NCBI GenBank assembly: GCA_013239625.1
Contig: MU057351.1
Coordinates: 8,664,625 to 8,728,624, forward strand
Source of the DNA: Lama guanicoe
Lineage: Eukaryota
Reading direction: 5' to 3'
Length of the DNA stretch: 64,000 bases
Under the pieces are notes generated by a model. It had not been told where the DNA came from. It made no database searches and saw only the letters and a list, made by a program, of their open reading frames with translations. Every line of letters starts with the position of its first letter. Positions within the stretch are counted from its first letter, which is position 1. Positions 38,143-50,329 of the stretch are shown one piece after another. Position numbers and translations under genes: made by a program.

Positions 38143-40779
38143 AGGGCATATCCCTTTAGCAAACACTTCTTGATGGCTTCACTGTATGCCATCTTCACTG
38201 TGTGCCCATGGCAGGTACTATGAGAGAGTATGAGGAAGACAAACGTCAGTCTTTCTCCTCAAGGTACTCGTGGGGAGGCAAGATGCACCCCCATGGATCA
38301 TTAGCAAATCAACACCAGACACGTGACGTTCAATAGCCAAGTGTTCTAAAGAGGCTGAGAGGATGACAACTGTGTCACCTTGGGACTTCTAGCTCAGAGT
38401 CTAGATCTGGACAGACATTTAATTTATTCAGACTGGCTGTCTCTTATTTGCTTAATTTTTAAAAATTAGCTAAGGAATTCATTTATCTGAGAGGCTGTTC
38501 TCTCACTGCTACCCTGAGTTCTACTCATTTATTTTCCCATAAAATATCTTCGAATATAAAAAAAGAAAACAAAAAATAACTTTCAAAATTATGCTTCCCA
38601 TTCCAGCAATACAAAAGCAGTACGTCCATGTATCCTTATTCCAGCTGCTTTCTAGTAGCGCTGCAACTAAAATGCTCTATTTATTTAAAGCCTAAATTTA
38701 GCATGAGGTGACTGGGCAGCTCAGGACACCGCAGTAAAACGTCAGCGAGTGGTGCTATGAGCCATGGCTGGTGATGAGAATGTAGGACGTTAGTGTTTCC
38801 AGCACGTCTTAAGGCCATGAGACACGTGGAAAAGAAAATAAGAAGTAACAGAGTCTGAGAGGGGACATTGAGAGTTACCTACAAATAGAAACTGATCTTT
38901 TTTTTTTCCTTTTTCTGATTCTTAATCCCCTTCAGACCAAATATCACTGCCATGTGTCAGAAGACCAGGCACCGTTTCTGTGCTACAGGGTAAACCTGCT
39001 GTGCAAACGGAGCTCAGTTTCTAATCCTGTACCAAACATAAAATTAACTTAAAAAATGGCTTTCTGTTTCAGTTTGTTTGCTCATAAGTTACAAAGCCCT
39101 GATAGATATTTGAGGAAAATGAAAGCAAGAGGCTCAAAGTTGTTCAGCGGAGAAAAAGAGCTGCTTTGTGAAACAGACATTTCTGAGAAACCTCTACCCT
39201 CAGCCCCCACCTTAGCCCCACCTCCCCTCTGAAGTCACACACAAGGAGAATGCTCTGGGTTGAGCAATGCTGTACCACACACAGATGCTGACCTGGGAAG
39301 GCTATTTCCACCCTAGATGGATTCCAGAGAAATACATTTTGCTTGAGGCTAATCCAGGAGTCTGTTCTAGCCCAGAGAGGGCCCTTGTGGTCTTGAAAGC
39401 CAGGAGACCCAACGAATAATTCAGACAGAGGGTTTGGGTTCACTCTAGGGCAGACCCAAGAACCAGGTTTGGCCCAAGAGTCTGGGGCCACCCTAACACC
39501 ATTTCAAGTTAAAGTCAAACTGATCTGATTTCTCAGGAGCCTTTATAAGAATTCCTGCCAATACTTTTCCTGCCCTGAGGCCAGAAATAAAGATGTGCTG
39601 AGTGCAGGTCCCTGAGGCAATTAGAGTCAGGTCAGGCAGTAGATTGAGAGCTCGCAAAACCCAGGAAGAGCATCAGGAATCCTGTCTGCCAGTTACCCCG
39701 ACAGTTTCAGGGTACATTTAGTTTTCAGAGCACTTGTAAGGGCATCAGACTTCAAATCCCTTCGCCTGTATCTGATTCACCTGGTGAATCTTTTACCCAA
39801 CTTTCCTCATCCAAAATTTCTCCTAGAACCAGGGACTGGTCTTGTCCAACCAACCATTCTCCTGGTTTCTTCGTAAAGCTCCTAGCAGCCCCTAGCTCCT
39901 GGGCTGGACCCAGCTTCTGCTTACATAAGGCAGATTTGACCTTCCTTTGTTCCGTGCAGACATCCTTCAAACAATGGGCATTTCGACACTAACCTGGCTA
40001 CGTCTAACATGTTTATATCTCTTTAGGTTGGCTATTTTTGGAGTGGTTCTGTCCAGGGATTAATTTGCCCTTCTTACTCTTACTTTGAGCTCATTGCTCC
40101 TAGATCCTTCAACTCAAGAGCTCCCAGAAAACTTGATGGCCAGGGAAGCACTATTTAGAATACTTCATTGGAAATGCACTTTGGCTGAGAGTTCCCGAGG
40201 GACTTACCCCCAAACAAGCCCCCAACGCTCATCCATGCCATCTCAGACACACTGAAACCAGATGCCTTCTAAACGAAAAAGGAAAGCAGGAAATAGAGCC
40301 AAGGGTCCATCTGGCCAAACACCACCCTAATAGAAGCACTTGCTTTTTCATTCCCTGCCTCTAACTCTAAAAGTGAATGGAAATACTCAGCTTTTCTGTA
40401 TCTATGGGAAGGTACTTCTTTATTATTAAAAAAAAAATAAGTATATGACAAAAGGAATTCTTGTTCTTCAGTTTTCAATTCAGATTCTAGTTGATAGAAC
40501 ATGACAAGTACTCCTCTTCCCAAGTCCCTCTCCACCACTTCCAGAAAGTCAAACGAGAGGAGCAAAGAAGCAGCATTGCCTCTTTTAAGACTGTCAGATG
40601 CTTAAGACTGCCAGATTGATAGTACAGCCAACTCAGTGTACTGAAACAGTAAATAAATAAGGTCCATGTGACTTAAGTTAATATAGCTCCCAAGGGTGCC
40701 TTGGGTTCAAGGGCGTAGTTTATGCCCTGCAGAACCTCACTCAATTAAATAATAAACATAAAGTAGCAGAAAGCAGGCT

Positions 40780-41050
40780 CTGAATCAACGAGTTCCTACT
40801 GAGAGCTGACACTCTGCTTTGCACTGAGGGATGCAGATGCCAGGGTCCGTAACTTCAAGAAGCCTGTAGTCTAGTTGCAGAGAGAGATTCATACTGAAGA
40901 GCAATACAGCCGAGGACTAAACAACAGGCAATTAGGTGCCACAGTTTTTCTGAAGCAAGGGAAGACAGAGAGAGAGAGTCGTGCGCTGGACCCTGGAGGG
41001 CAGGACTGTGGACAGTGAAGAGACAGAAACGGAAGGAACCTCTTGGAGGT
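40780..41050 (-). mobile_element. L2 fragment
   Basis: gcactgagggatgcagatg...cttcaagaagcctgtagtctagttgcagagagaga. Confidence 0.6.
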
Positions 41051-42549
41051 GGAACAGACATGGTCTGTCCATGGACTGTCAAGAGGCCCAACTGATCAGA
41101 GCAGGCCATCTGTGCTGTGTTAATAATATCAAAAGTACCGTTTTCAGATTATGCCAAACAGAGGGAAGAACATGTTGATCTAATGAATATATACATGAAT
41201 GTGAAAAAAGGTCTGATTCATTTTCCTCTGCCCATCTATAATATATTCATGAAGTTGCTTCAGAAACCGTACCATGCTTATAAACATCAAACTGGGGGGT
41301 GGGGCTGGAAAGAAAGAAACATTTTTAAATTATAGCCATTATTTTATGATCTTCTTGTCTATATTTAACCTAAAGCTTTTCTAGTGTTGACCATGATTAC
41401 TTAAGCCCTTTCCTTTCCTTCCAACTGTTGACTTTTCAGCCTGAGAGTACAACTCAATACCATTTATTCTATAAAACTGGCCAAGTCCAGCTGACTGAAA
41501 ATACAGTATCAGGATCATATAGGATTAAGAGAAAGAAATGAACCAAAAGAGGGAAAGGAAAGCACTTCTATGTAATAAGTTTCATGTTACATTTAAAACA
41601 AAACATTCAGTCCATAGGGTTCCATCTGCCACTAACAAGGCAAAGGATCTTAGTAAGAGGAAATAATGATACGACTTAAATAGTTCTGATAAATGAGGTG
41701 TAAAAACACTTGTGAATATATTTTGAACACAGACATTATCTTAGCATTTACTCTTTTCTGTTTTATAGATATAGGATTGTATTTTTCTATAAAATGAATA
41801 CTGCTCAAATTGACTCTTCTTCTTCTCATTAAAATTGAATTTTTCCCCTTGGAGAAAAGCTTCATGCCTATAAAAATTTTAGGCAAAATCTGAAATTAAT
41901 GAATAAAGAATGTATATGACCTTGGAACAGTCCTTGGGCAGCTGAGGCCATCCTGCTGTGTAATTCACCAGCCACCTGAGATGTGTTCTTCTGTCTGGAC
42001 ACTGCTCACTGCTTTTGTACTTTGTGAAAAAGCTCACATGAGAAATTAGCAGCCTTCTGCTCAGAATGCAAGGCCCCCGTACGTAACACCACATATCAGA
42101 AAAGTAAATGTGAAATATTTCCCTTGTCCTTTGATAAGCTATTCTTCATTGAATTCTAGTCTGAGCTGCTTCTCAGTCAGCACCTGTGGACAAGGACACC
42201 AGTGACTGGTCCCTGAGTTCTCCCACAATGGCTGATCAGCCAGGAAGACACTCCCCAAGTGCCACCCGAGAGAAAGATGTGCCACCTCCCTGCCCTTCCT
42301 GAAATAGACAGAGCAGATCTGTATTCAGATTAGTGCCCCAAAATTCCAAAGGAAAATCCTAAATAGGAAAACATATATTTTTATAAGTCTAAACAGTCTA
42401 TGGAAGCAAGCAGAGTGCTCCCATGACACAGATCCGTGAGCCACCTTAAGAAAGACAGTCAATGGGAACCTCCTAGTTTTCACAAAAGGCACTATAACCC
42501 CTAAGTTATGCAGATACAACGAGAGAGGAGGAGTTGTTGACAGCAGCCC

Positions 42550-42760
42550 TCTGGGCTTCAGCACTAACTGCCCACCTCAGGAAGTCACTTCACCAGGCTT
42601 GGTCTCAGAGTTCACATTTGTGAAATAGGGCAATAATTCCACATTTCCAGGTTGTTTTGACAATTACAGATAATATATTTAATAGAAGATAATATATTTA
42701 TCTGTAATACAACTCATTCAAAAAGCATTTCAAAAATTATAGCTATTCTTATCTTAGCAA
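42550..42760 (+). mobile_element. MIR fragment
   Basis: cctcaggaagtcacttcaccaggcttggtctcagagttcacatttgtgaaatagggcaataat. Confidence 0.7.
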
Positions 42761-43049
42761 TTATTATTATTATTATCATCACTACCACTTTTATCATTGA
42801 CCCACCATTGAGAAATTAGAAGCTAAGAGACATGACTTGCTGTGTTTTCAAAACCCACTATCCTACCAGCTTTGGAAGCAGGGATCCTCTGTCTCACCAC
42901 ATTAACATCTTTTTTTTTTTTTTTTGCAGCTAGTACTAGACTCTTCCCGGGCACACAGAATATTTTTCTTTTTATGGAAGTGAAATGCAGTATTACAAAG
43001 ATGCTTTTAATCAGAAACAGGCCACCTAAGCAAGAAACATCTCCTCAAT

Positions 43050-43400
43050 AGGACATAAAATACTATGGTTCCATCATTTTGCCACGATGCGGGCAACATG
43101 CCGGGAAATGCTTTTGCCCACTTTTCACTCGTTGTCTAATCAATTTTTATTCTTTACATAGTCACATGTAATGGAGTTGGAAATGACTAAATAAAGCGAA
43201 AGATGTTTTGAATTGCATTACTAAGTGATAGCTGCATTATTTTATAAATGAATAGTGCTACCGACATTCATATGATTTATGAATCAAAGTGTCATTTGGG
43301 GGAAAACATCAGTGTCAGATTTTGCATTTAAATGCCTGCATTAGCTGTCAGCTGTGCAAAGTCCCATAAAGACAAAGAGCTCCACAGTAGGCACACAGAT
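43050..43400. promoter_or_regulatory. Candidate conserved non-coding element / developmental enhancer
   Basis: Non-repetitive; atgatttatga (Pbx-Hox), several tgtca/ctgtca (Meis/TALE), cccataaa (posterior Hox/Cdx), E-box cagctg. Confidence 0.4.
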
Positions 43401-43806
43401 GAGGGTATTCATGGCCCCATGTTTGCAAGGAGATGTGATACTGTAATCATGAAGATTTCTGTGGTCAACTCCCTTCCAGCTTATCTAAAAGTTCCTAACC
43501 TCTCTTCAAAAAGCAGCCATATTTAAATGATCCATACTAAGTAAGCACAGTCTTTCAAGCCTTCAGAAATTCTTTTCTTTTCATTCTAGCTCTACGTGAA
43601 ATTCTTCCTTATTGTTTACTTTTGGAGCAATTAAAAAAATAAAATTTAATAGACTCTATAAGATACTGTAGCATATAAGTCTGATATTTATATTGAAAAT
43701 TCTAGATCTTTATTTCTGTGCTACTGCAACCTCCCCAATTAGTGAATACTGATTAAGTATTATTACTCTGCTGTGTGATACTAGCAGTGGCAGCAGTAGT
43801 GCACGC

Positions 43807-43807
<1 letters not shown>

Positions 43808-43849
<42 letters not shown>

Positions 43850-43862
43850 CGTGTGTGTGTGC
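43808..43862. repeat. Compound microsatellite (TG)16 T (GC)5 (GT)5 GC
   Basis: Read directly from the sequence. Confidence 0.97.
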
Positions 43863-44049
43863 CCAGGCACACTTGCAGTCTGAAATAGTAAGGGAAGAAA
43901 AGAAGGAAGGGAAGAGAAGAGATTGGGAGAAGACTTACGCCATCAAATGTTAAAAGTGTTAGTTTGGTGAAAGTTATCAAATAAAGCACAACTCAAGGAA
44001 ACAACTAGAGAACTATAAAATTGGCACTATCTTTAAACACATATTTTAC

Positions 44050-44300
44050 TTCTCATTCCTTTACTCAACTCCTTCTGTATGCTGAGCACATTGTTGAGCC
44101 AGGCACAGTGGACCTACGTGAGCCATGGTGCTGGCCTTCAAGGAATGAGTCAGAGGGTGGAGAAACTGAGGCACTACAGAGATATCAACAAACACACTCT
44201 AGAGTTGTAAACGGAACACATATTTTAACAGAATGGCACCCAAGGTTTCCCTGGCAGACAAAGAGGGAGACCCTTAACTTAGCTGGTAGAGGGACAGGCT
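44050..44300 (-). mobile_element. L2 3' fragment
   Basis: tcattcctttactcaactccttctgtatgctgagcacattg...gccatggtgctggccttcaaggaatg. Confidence 0.65.
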
Positions 44301-45944
44301 GTGTCAGAACAATGCAGCATTGGTACTGATGCTTGGAGGATGACTATGTGACATCCAAGGATGGATGAGAAGAGGAAACACCACAGGCAGAAGGAATTCT
44401 GTGAGGTGTAAGACCATACAAAACTGCAGAAAACTGCGAACGGTTTGCCTGGAATATAAAAAGATGACAAAAGGCAACTCTGAAAATAGACAGGGAAAGA
44501 ACCTGTGGAAACAAACAGCAACAACAAAAGTAACAGCCCAGAAGTAGAAACAAGTCTAAGAAGGGAAGAATCACCAGTCGCATGGTCAGGTTATACTGTC
44601 AACATGTGAAGAGCTTAAGTGGTGAGGGGGAACCAGAGTAACACAGAGAGAAGAAGCCTCAGACCTGAATGTAGACAGAGGTTAATGAGGAAAAGCTGCC
44701 GGGCGTGGAAGAGCCAGAGCTGGCAGGGTGATGGCAGGTGAGGGTGCACACCCCATGTTTAAGGGAGCAACACTCTCCAACCAAGCCAATTGCTGCTGTA
44801 GTTGAATATACTCCCAACACCGCCTGGTCCCTTGACTTACGAAGAAGCAAGGAATCCATATATTTATGTGCATTCCATCTATTTTTAAATATTGGCAACT
44901 ATTAAAAAAAATTTTTTTTTAATTCAGACCTAAAAAAAAGGTAACTGTGAGCCAGGTCTGGCCCACTGATTTCCATTTGGTGTCCTCTGATCTCACCTAG
45001 TACTACGCACACAGGAGAATGCCAGGAGACATTTTGCTGACAGAGTAAAACTAAGAGTTTTAGTCATATGAAACATGACTTGAGGCAGAAGATAAAGATT
45101 CAATTCATGAAATTCTGTACCTGATTCAAATATGTGCAAAGTGAAATATATTTTGGGTGCAACAGGATACCACGTTCAGAAATACTTTGGAGAGAAATCA
45201 TAAGATTAACCCAATTAGTTAGAATTATAAATTATATGGCTGTTCATATAATGGCCAGTTAATGTTTGATTTCAAAGAAAGAAAATGCTATTTCATTCAT
45301 TTTTATCATCTGGCAAGTGGTTATTTTTCTTTCAGATGCGCAGCCTTGCTGGAGAAGGCTGAGCCATTCCATGTCCACGTACTCTGGTCCCTCTGCCTCC
45401 TACCTTACAGGCAAGCGTGGACGGGGCACCTCTTTACTGCAGCTTCCAGCTCTCGGAAGCCCGATCCTGATGACGCTGGCCTTGGTTGAGCTTTTCCAGC
45501 AAATACTGATGTAATGCATCATTTTGCTTTTTTTTTTTAATATTTTTTATTGATTTATAATCATTTTACAATGTTGTGTCAAATTCCAGTGTAGAGCACA
45601 ATTTTTCAGTTATACATGAACATACTTATATTCTTTGTCACATTTTTTTCTCTGTGAGCTACCATAAGATCTTGTGTATATTTCCCTGTGCTATACAGTA
45701 CAATCTTGTTTATCTATTCTACAATTTTGAAATCCCGTCTATCCCTTCCCACCCTCCACCCCCTTGGCAACCACAAGTTTGTATGTTATGTCTATGAGTC
45801 TATTTCTGTTTTATATTTATGCTTTTTTTGTTTTTGTTTTTTAGATTCTACATATGAGCAATCTCATATGGTATTTTTCTTTCTCTTTCTGGCTTACTTC
45901 ACTTAGAATGACATTCTCCAGGAGCATCCATGTTGCTGCAAAGG

Positions 45945-46094
45945 NNNNNNNNNNNNNNNNNNNNNNNNNNNNNNNNNNNNNNNNNNNNNNNNNNNNNNNN
46001 NNNNNNNNNNNNNNNNNNNNNNNNNNNNNNNNNNNNNNNNNNNNNNNNNNNNNNNNNNNNNNNNNNNNNNNNNNNNNNNNNNNNNNNNNNNNNN
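45945..46094. other. Assembly gap (150 N) inside L1
   Basis: N run. Confidence 0.99.
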
Positions 46095-46162
46095 TGTCAT
46101 CCTGAAGTAGGGTTCCTTCTGGATATAAGCCCAGGAGCAGGATTCCTGGGTCATATGGTAAG

Positions 46163-46440
46163 NNNNNNNNNNNNNNNNNNNNNNNNNNNNNNNNNNNNNN
46201 NNNNNNNNNNNNNNNNNNNNNNNNNNNNNNNNNNNNNNNNNNNNNNNNNNNNNNNNNNNNNNNNNNNNNNNNNNNNNNNNNNNNNNNNNNNNNNNNNNNN
46301 NNNNNNNNNNNNNNNNNNNNNNNNNNNNNNNNNNNNNNNNNNNNNNNNNNNNNNNNNNNNNNNNNNNNNNNNNNNNNNNNNNNNNNNNNNNNNNNNNNNN
46401 NNNNNNNNNNNNNNNNNNNNNNNNNNNNNNNNNNNNNNNN
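46163..46440. other. Assembly gap (278 N) inside L1
   Basis: N run. Confidence 0.99.
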
Positions 46441-48859
46441 CTTTTGCCCTTCTTTGGATTGGGTTGTTTGGTTGTTTCTTATTAAGTCGTATGAGCTGCT
46501 TATATATTCTGGAGATCAAGCCTTTGTCGGTTTCATCTGCAAAAATTTTCTCCCATTCCATAGGTTGTCTCTTGTTTTACTTATGGTTTCCTTTGCTGTG
46601 CAGAAGCTTGTAAGTTTCATTAGGTCCCATTTGGTTATTCTTGCTTTTATCTCTTCTAGGAGAAAATTTTTGAGATGTATGTCAGATAATGTTCTGCCTA
46701 TATTTTCCTCTAGGAGGTTTATTGCATCTTGTCTTATGTTTAAGTCTTTGATCCATTTTGAGTTTATTTTTGTGTACAGTGTAAGGGAGTGTTCTAGCTT
46801 CATTGTTTTACATGCTGCTGTCCAGTTTTCCCAACACCATTTGCTAAAGAGACTGTTTTTATTCCATTGTATATTCTTGCCTCCTTTGTCGAAGATGAGT
46901 TGACCAAAAGTTTGTGGGTTCATTTCTGGGCTCTCTATTCTGTTCCATTGGTCTGTATGTCTGCTTTTGTACCAATACTAGGCTGTCTTGATGACTGTAG
47001 CTCTATAGTACTGTCTGAAGTCTGGGAGAGTTATTCCTCCAGCCTCTTCCTTTCTCTTCAGTAATGCTTTGGCAATTCTAGGTCTTTGATGGTCCCATAT
47101 AAATTTTATTATGATTTGTTCTAGTTCTGTGAAGTATGTCCTGGGTAATTTGAGAGGGATTGCATTAAATCTGTAGATTGCCATCAGTTTGCTTTTGAAA
47201 TGAAGTTCAAGTGCTTAAAATTCAGAGTCATAGACGTACCCTGGTGGACAACTGTCACTGTTCTTCAGAGGTGAGAATAAAGTTGATCAAAGCCTTGTGA
47301 ACACTGTATATATGCAAAAAGATTTGTAGAAGACAGTACGTAAGAATGCAATATGGTGCAGTAGGTGCCTCAGAGTAGTAAAAATACGGGTGACATTTTA
47401 TTGTTTTTGGTTTGCATCTTCTTTGTATTTTTAAGAACTCCTATTACTCAGGAGTATATTTAGTCAGTATGCATTACTTGTATTCTGACAAAATAAGACA
47501 GATGAGAGAGAAGAAATGGTTTGTAAAATAAATACTGGTTTAATGTGTGAATATGGAGGAAAAAAAGGATGACTGCTGATGGCCACTCAAGGAGGAAAGT
47601 AAGAAAAGAGAAATGCAAAAGATCTCTCCATCCTTGAAGAGAAGAATACAGAAATACAGATAAAAATGTGTGGAAGTCTATTTAAATGTGGTTGAATTTG
47701 TTACTTTTGCTGTTTCATTTCAGTTCCCCTAAATAAGTGAGTAGCTGTAAAACTTAAAAATGAAAACAATTTGTCTTCTTGTTTTTCATGGGGTATGGGC
47801 AGAAGACTAAGCAAAAAGTCCCAAGGGGTAACTTCAGTTCATGTCAGCCCAAATTAAAACAAAACCAAACCTGGGGAAGAGAAGGAAATGTGAAGGGCAA
47901 ATATTTGATATCGGTATAATGTATTAGTCTTGAACTTGAGCTACAGCAGCTGTGAGCACAAGTACTGAAATAAACATTTCAGGGCACCAGAAAGTAGCAG
48001 TATTCCAGTCAATGTTATGAAATTTCTTTGATGTTCAACACAATAGCAGCAACAACAAATATGAAGGAATAAGTAACCCAGATTATGTTACAATCAGCAA
48101 ATCTGAAAAATTAAGAAGACTAGAAGTCAACAAAATGTTGGTCTCTTTGGGATATTTTGTTATTAACACTTAGTGTTCCTTTGAGAAGGTGAATAGATCA
48201 TTAAGGCTCCAGAGAAGCTGGCTGAGAAATGGGAATTCGCACTGGGAATAAAACTTCATTTCTTTAGAAACTGAAAATGATGCTAAACAGACCCTCCGTG
48301 TGCCTAATGCAGAGATAAATAATGCTAACTGTGTTACCACTTTGGTGTTCCTATTGCAATTAATATAACTCTCCAGGGAGAAAACAAGGTATCATGCAAA
48401 AGCCCCTGATACGTAAAGCTGAACATTAAATTGAGTCAGATCTTCTCAACTGCCTAAACTACACTGTGGGAAGTGTAATATTTGGGACATTAGGGTAACA
48501 TCAAAGACAATTTTGATACTTCAGGGTATGGTACTCCAACTGCCTGGAAGAATTAAGGGAACCATTTAAACAATGAGAGAATCTGGCTCATTAAGAAAAA
48601 TTTGTGCTAGAATAACAAACATAATATGTGCATCAGTCAGCAAGTCCTTTGCTCTCTCTTGGTCATGCATATGTAATAAGTCACACCTATCATCTCTCCT
48701 CTCTCACATTTGCAGTATTGCCTTATATAGCGTCATCTGCCCATGTAATTAATATGTTCTTCACCCTGTCTTCCAATTCACTAATGTTTTTTCAAAAATT
48801 TTAAAAGAACAGGATTAATCATAGCATCACACCCAGTTATACTCCATATGGTAGGTTCT

Positions 48860-49010
48860 CCCAAGTGCTGTTTATTATTTATTTTTTAAACTCAGATCCA
48901 GGATACAGACACAGCCATATTCCTACACGAATCTCAAAGGTCAGATAATCCATTTCTCACATTTTAACTGATGAGGGAGTTTAGGCCAAGTGAGGTTCAG
49001 TGATCTTTTA
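48860..49010 (-). mobile_element. MIR fragment
   Basis: cattttaactgatgagggagtttaggccaagtgaggttcagtgatc. Confidence 0.6.
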
Positions 49011-50329
49011 AAAATCATTTACTGCTTATAGTATTTATGCAGAATCTTACACTGGCCATTCATTAACTATTTCCCCTGCAGGTACTCCACCTGCAATCTG
49101 AAAGGAATAAAGCTATATGCAAGCCAAATTCAGGGGGAGGATATTCAGTGAAATTCATTTTTCAAGAACTCTTTGTACTAATGAGTCAAAAATAATAGCA
49201 TCCATGAAATTAAAACTTAAAGGACTGCATTTTACATAAGAATTTGCACACTCGGATGCTTTTAGGGCCAGGTAAGTTATAGAATGGGTGAAGTGGTTCA
49301 TAAGACAATAGAGAAGGTTGTCGACTCTATCTAACTATAAAGACTGTGCCCCTTTCAAAATGACTTTAATTTCTAAAGTTAAAAAAAAAAAGCTCAAAAA
49401 AGCTCTCTGAGTTCCCAATTTCAACCAGAGGCCACCAATTAAGGTATTTTAAATCTCACAGGATGAACTGAAGTATCATTTATCACTGAATAAATGAGAT
49501 ACTTTTATTTCATTTCATAGAGGGGAAAAATATGAATTAGATGTTCACCTTATACCACACGCAAAAATAATTCCAAATATTGTAAAAATAAAAGCATTTA
49601 AGTCAATAGCATGCAGGAAGTTTATGCTCTGATGCATATGCACAACCTCTGATTCAAACACATAGGAATATAATACAGAAAGAAAAAACCAAAACAGGGT
49701 AGTAGGATCAAAAGCAAACTAAAATTTCATTTGAATCAGAAACAGGAAAAAAAAAAACCTCAAGGCACTGAGCGGGTCCCAAAGTCATGGGTCACCTAAG
49801 CCCTGTGTCTAAGAGCAGGCAGTAGTGACCAAGAGTTCAGGTCCTGACGGCAGGTAGCTGAAAACTGGTCCAGGTGAGTCAGTGACCACAGCTTAAAGTT
49901 GCAGACAGGAAAGGCGTTTCCCTCCCATAAAACACACTTAAGAACAACAAGAAAAAACTACTCCCAACCATTTCCTAGGGTTCCTGTTTCCACGGAGCAG
50001 CTGACTTACACAGGCAACGAACACAGAGCCAGTTAGGATCAAGTCCTAAGTCAAGAGACCTGCAGGATTGGTCTCTAGATTTTCCAAATCCTCCAATATC
50101 ACTGCAGGGAAGAAGCTTTAAGCCATAATTTTAAGACCTAGTTCTGGACTGTGAGAATAAGTAGAAGCAACTGTAAAATTAGCAGCCAAAGATAGAAACT
50201 AGAGAATACTTTATGTCTCAAAATATTTCAAATAATTAATATCATTCAGATTTTGTTTTCTAGCTAAGATAAGAAAGAGTAAACATATATGGAAAAACAT
50301 GTGCGCACACACACACACACATACATTAA

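Larger units (their letters stand above)
45532..47181 (-). mobile_element. Young 5'-truncated L1 (ORF2 3' part + 3' UTR) with 15-bp TSD
   Basis: ORFs [29 protein letters not shown] and [27 protein letters not shown]...[16 protein letters not shown] are L1 ORF2; poly-T near 45528; TSD catcattttgctttt (45517) / catcagtttgctttt (47182). Confidence 0.96.

Noticed and set aside
45854-46613. Long ORFs (up to 227 aa) around 46 kb and at 60045-60347
   Set aside because: Artefacts of translating through N gaps inside L1 elements.
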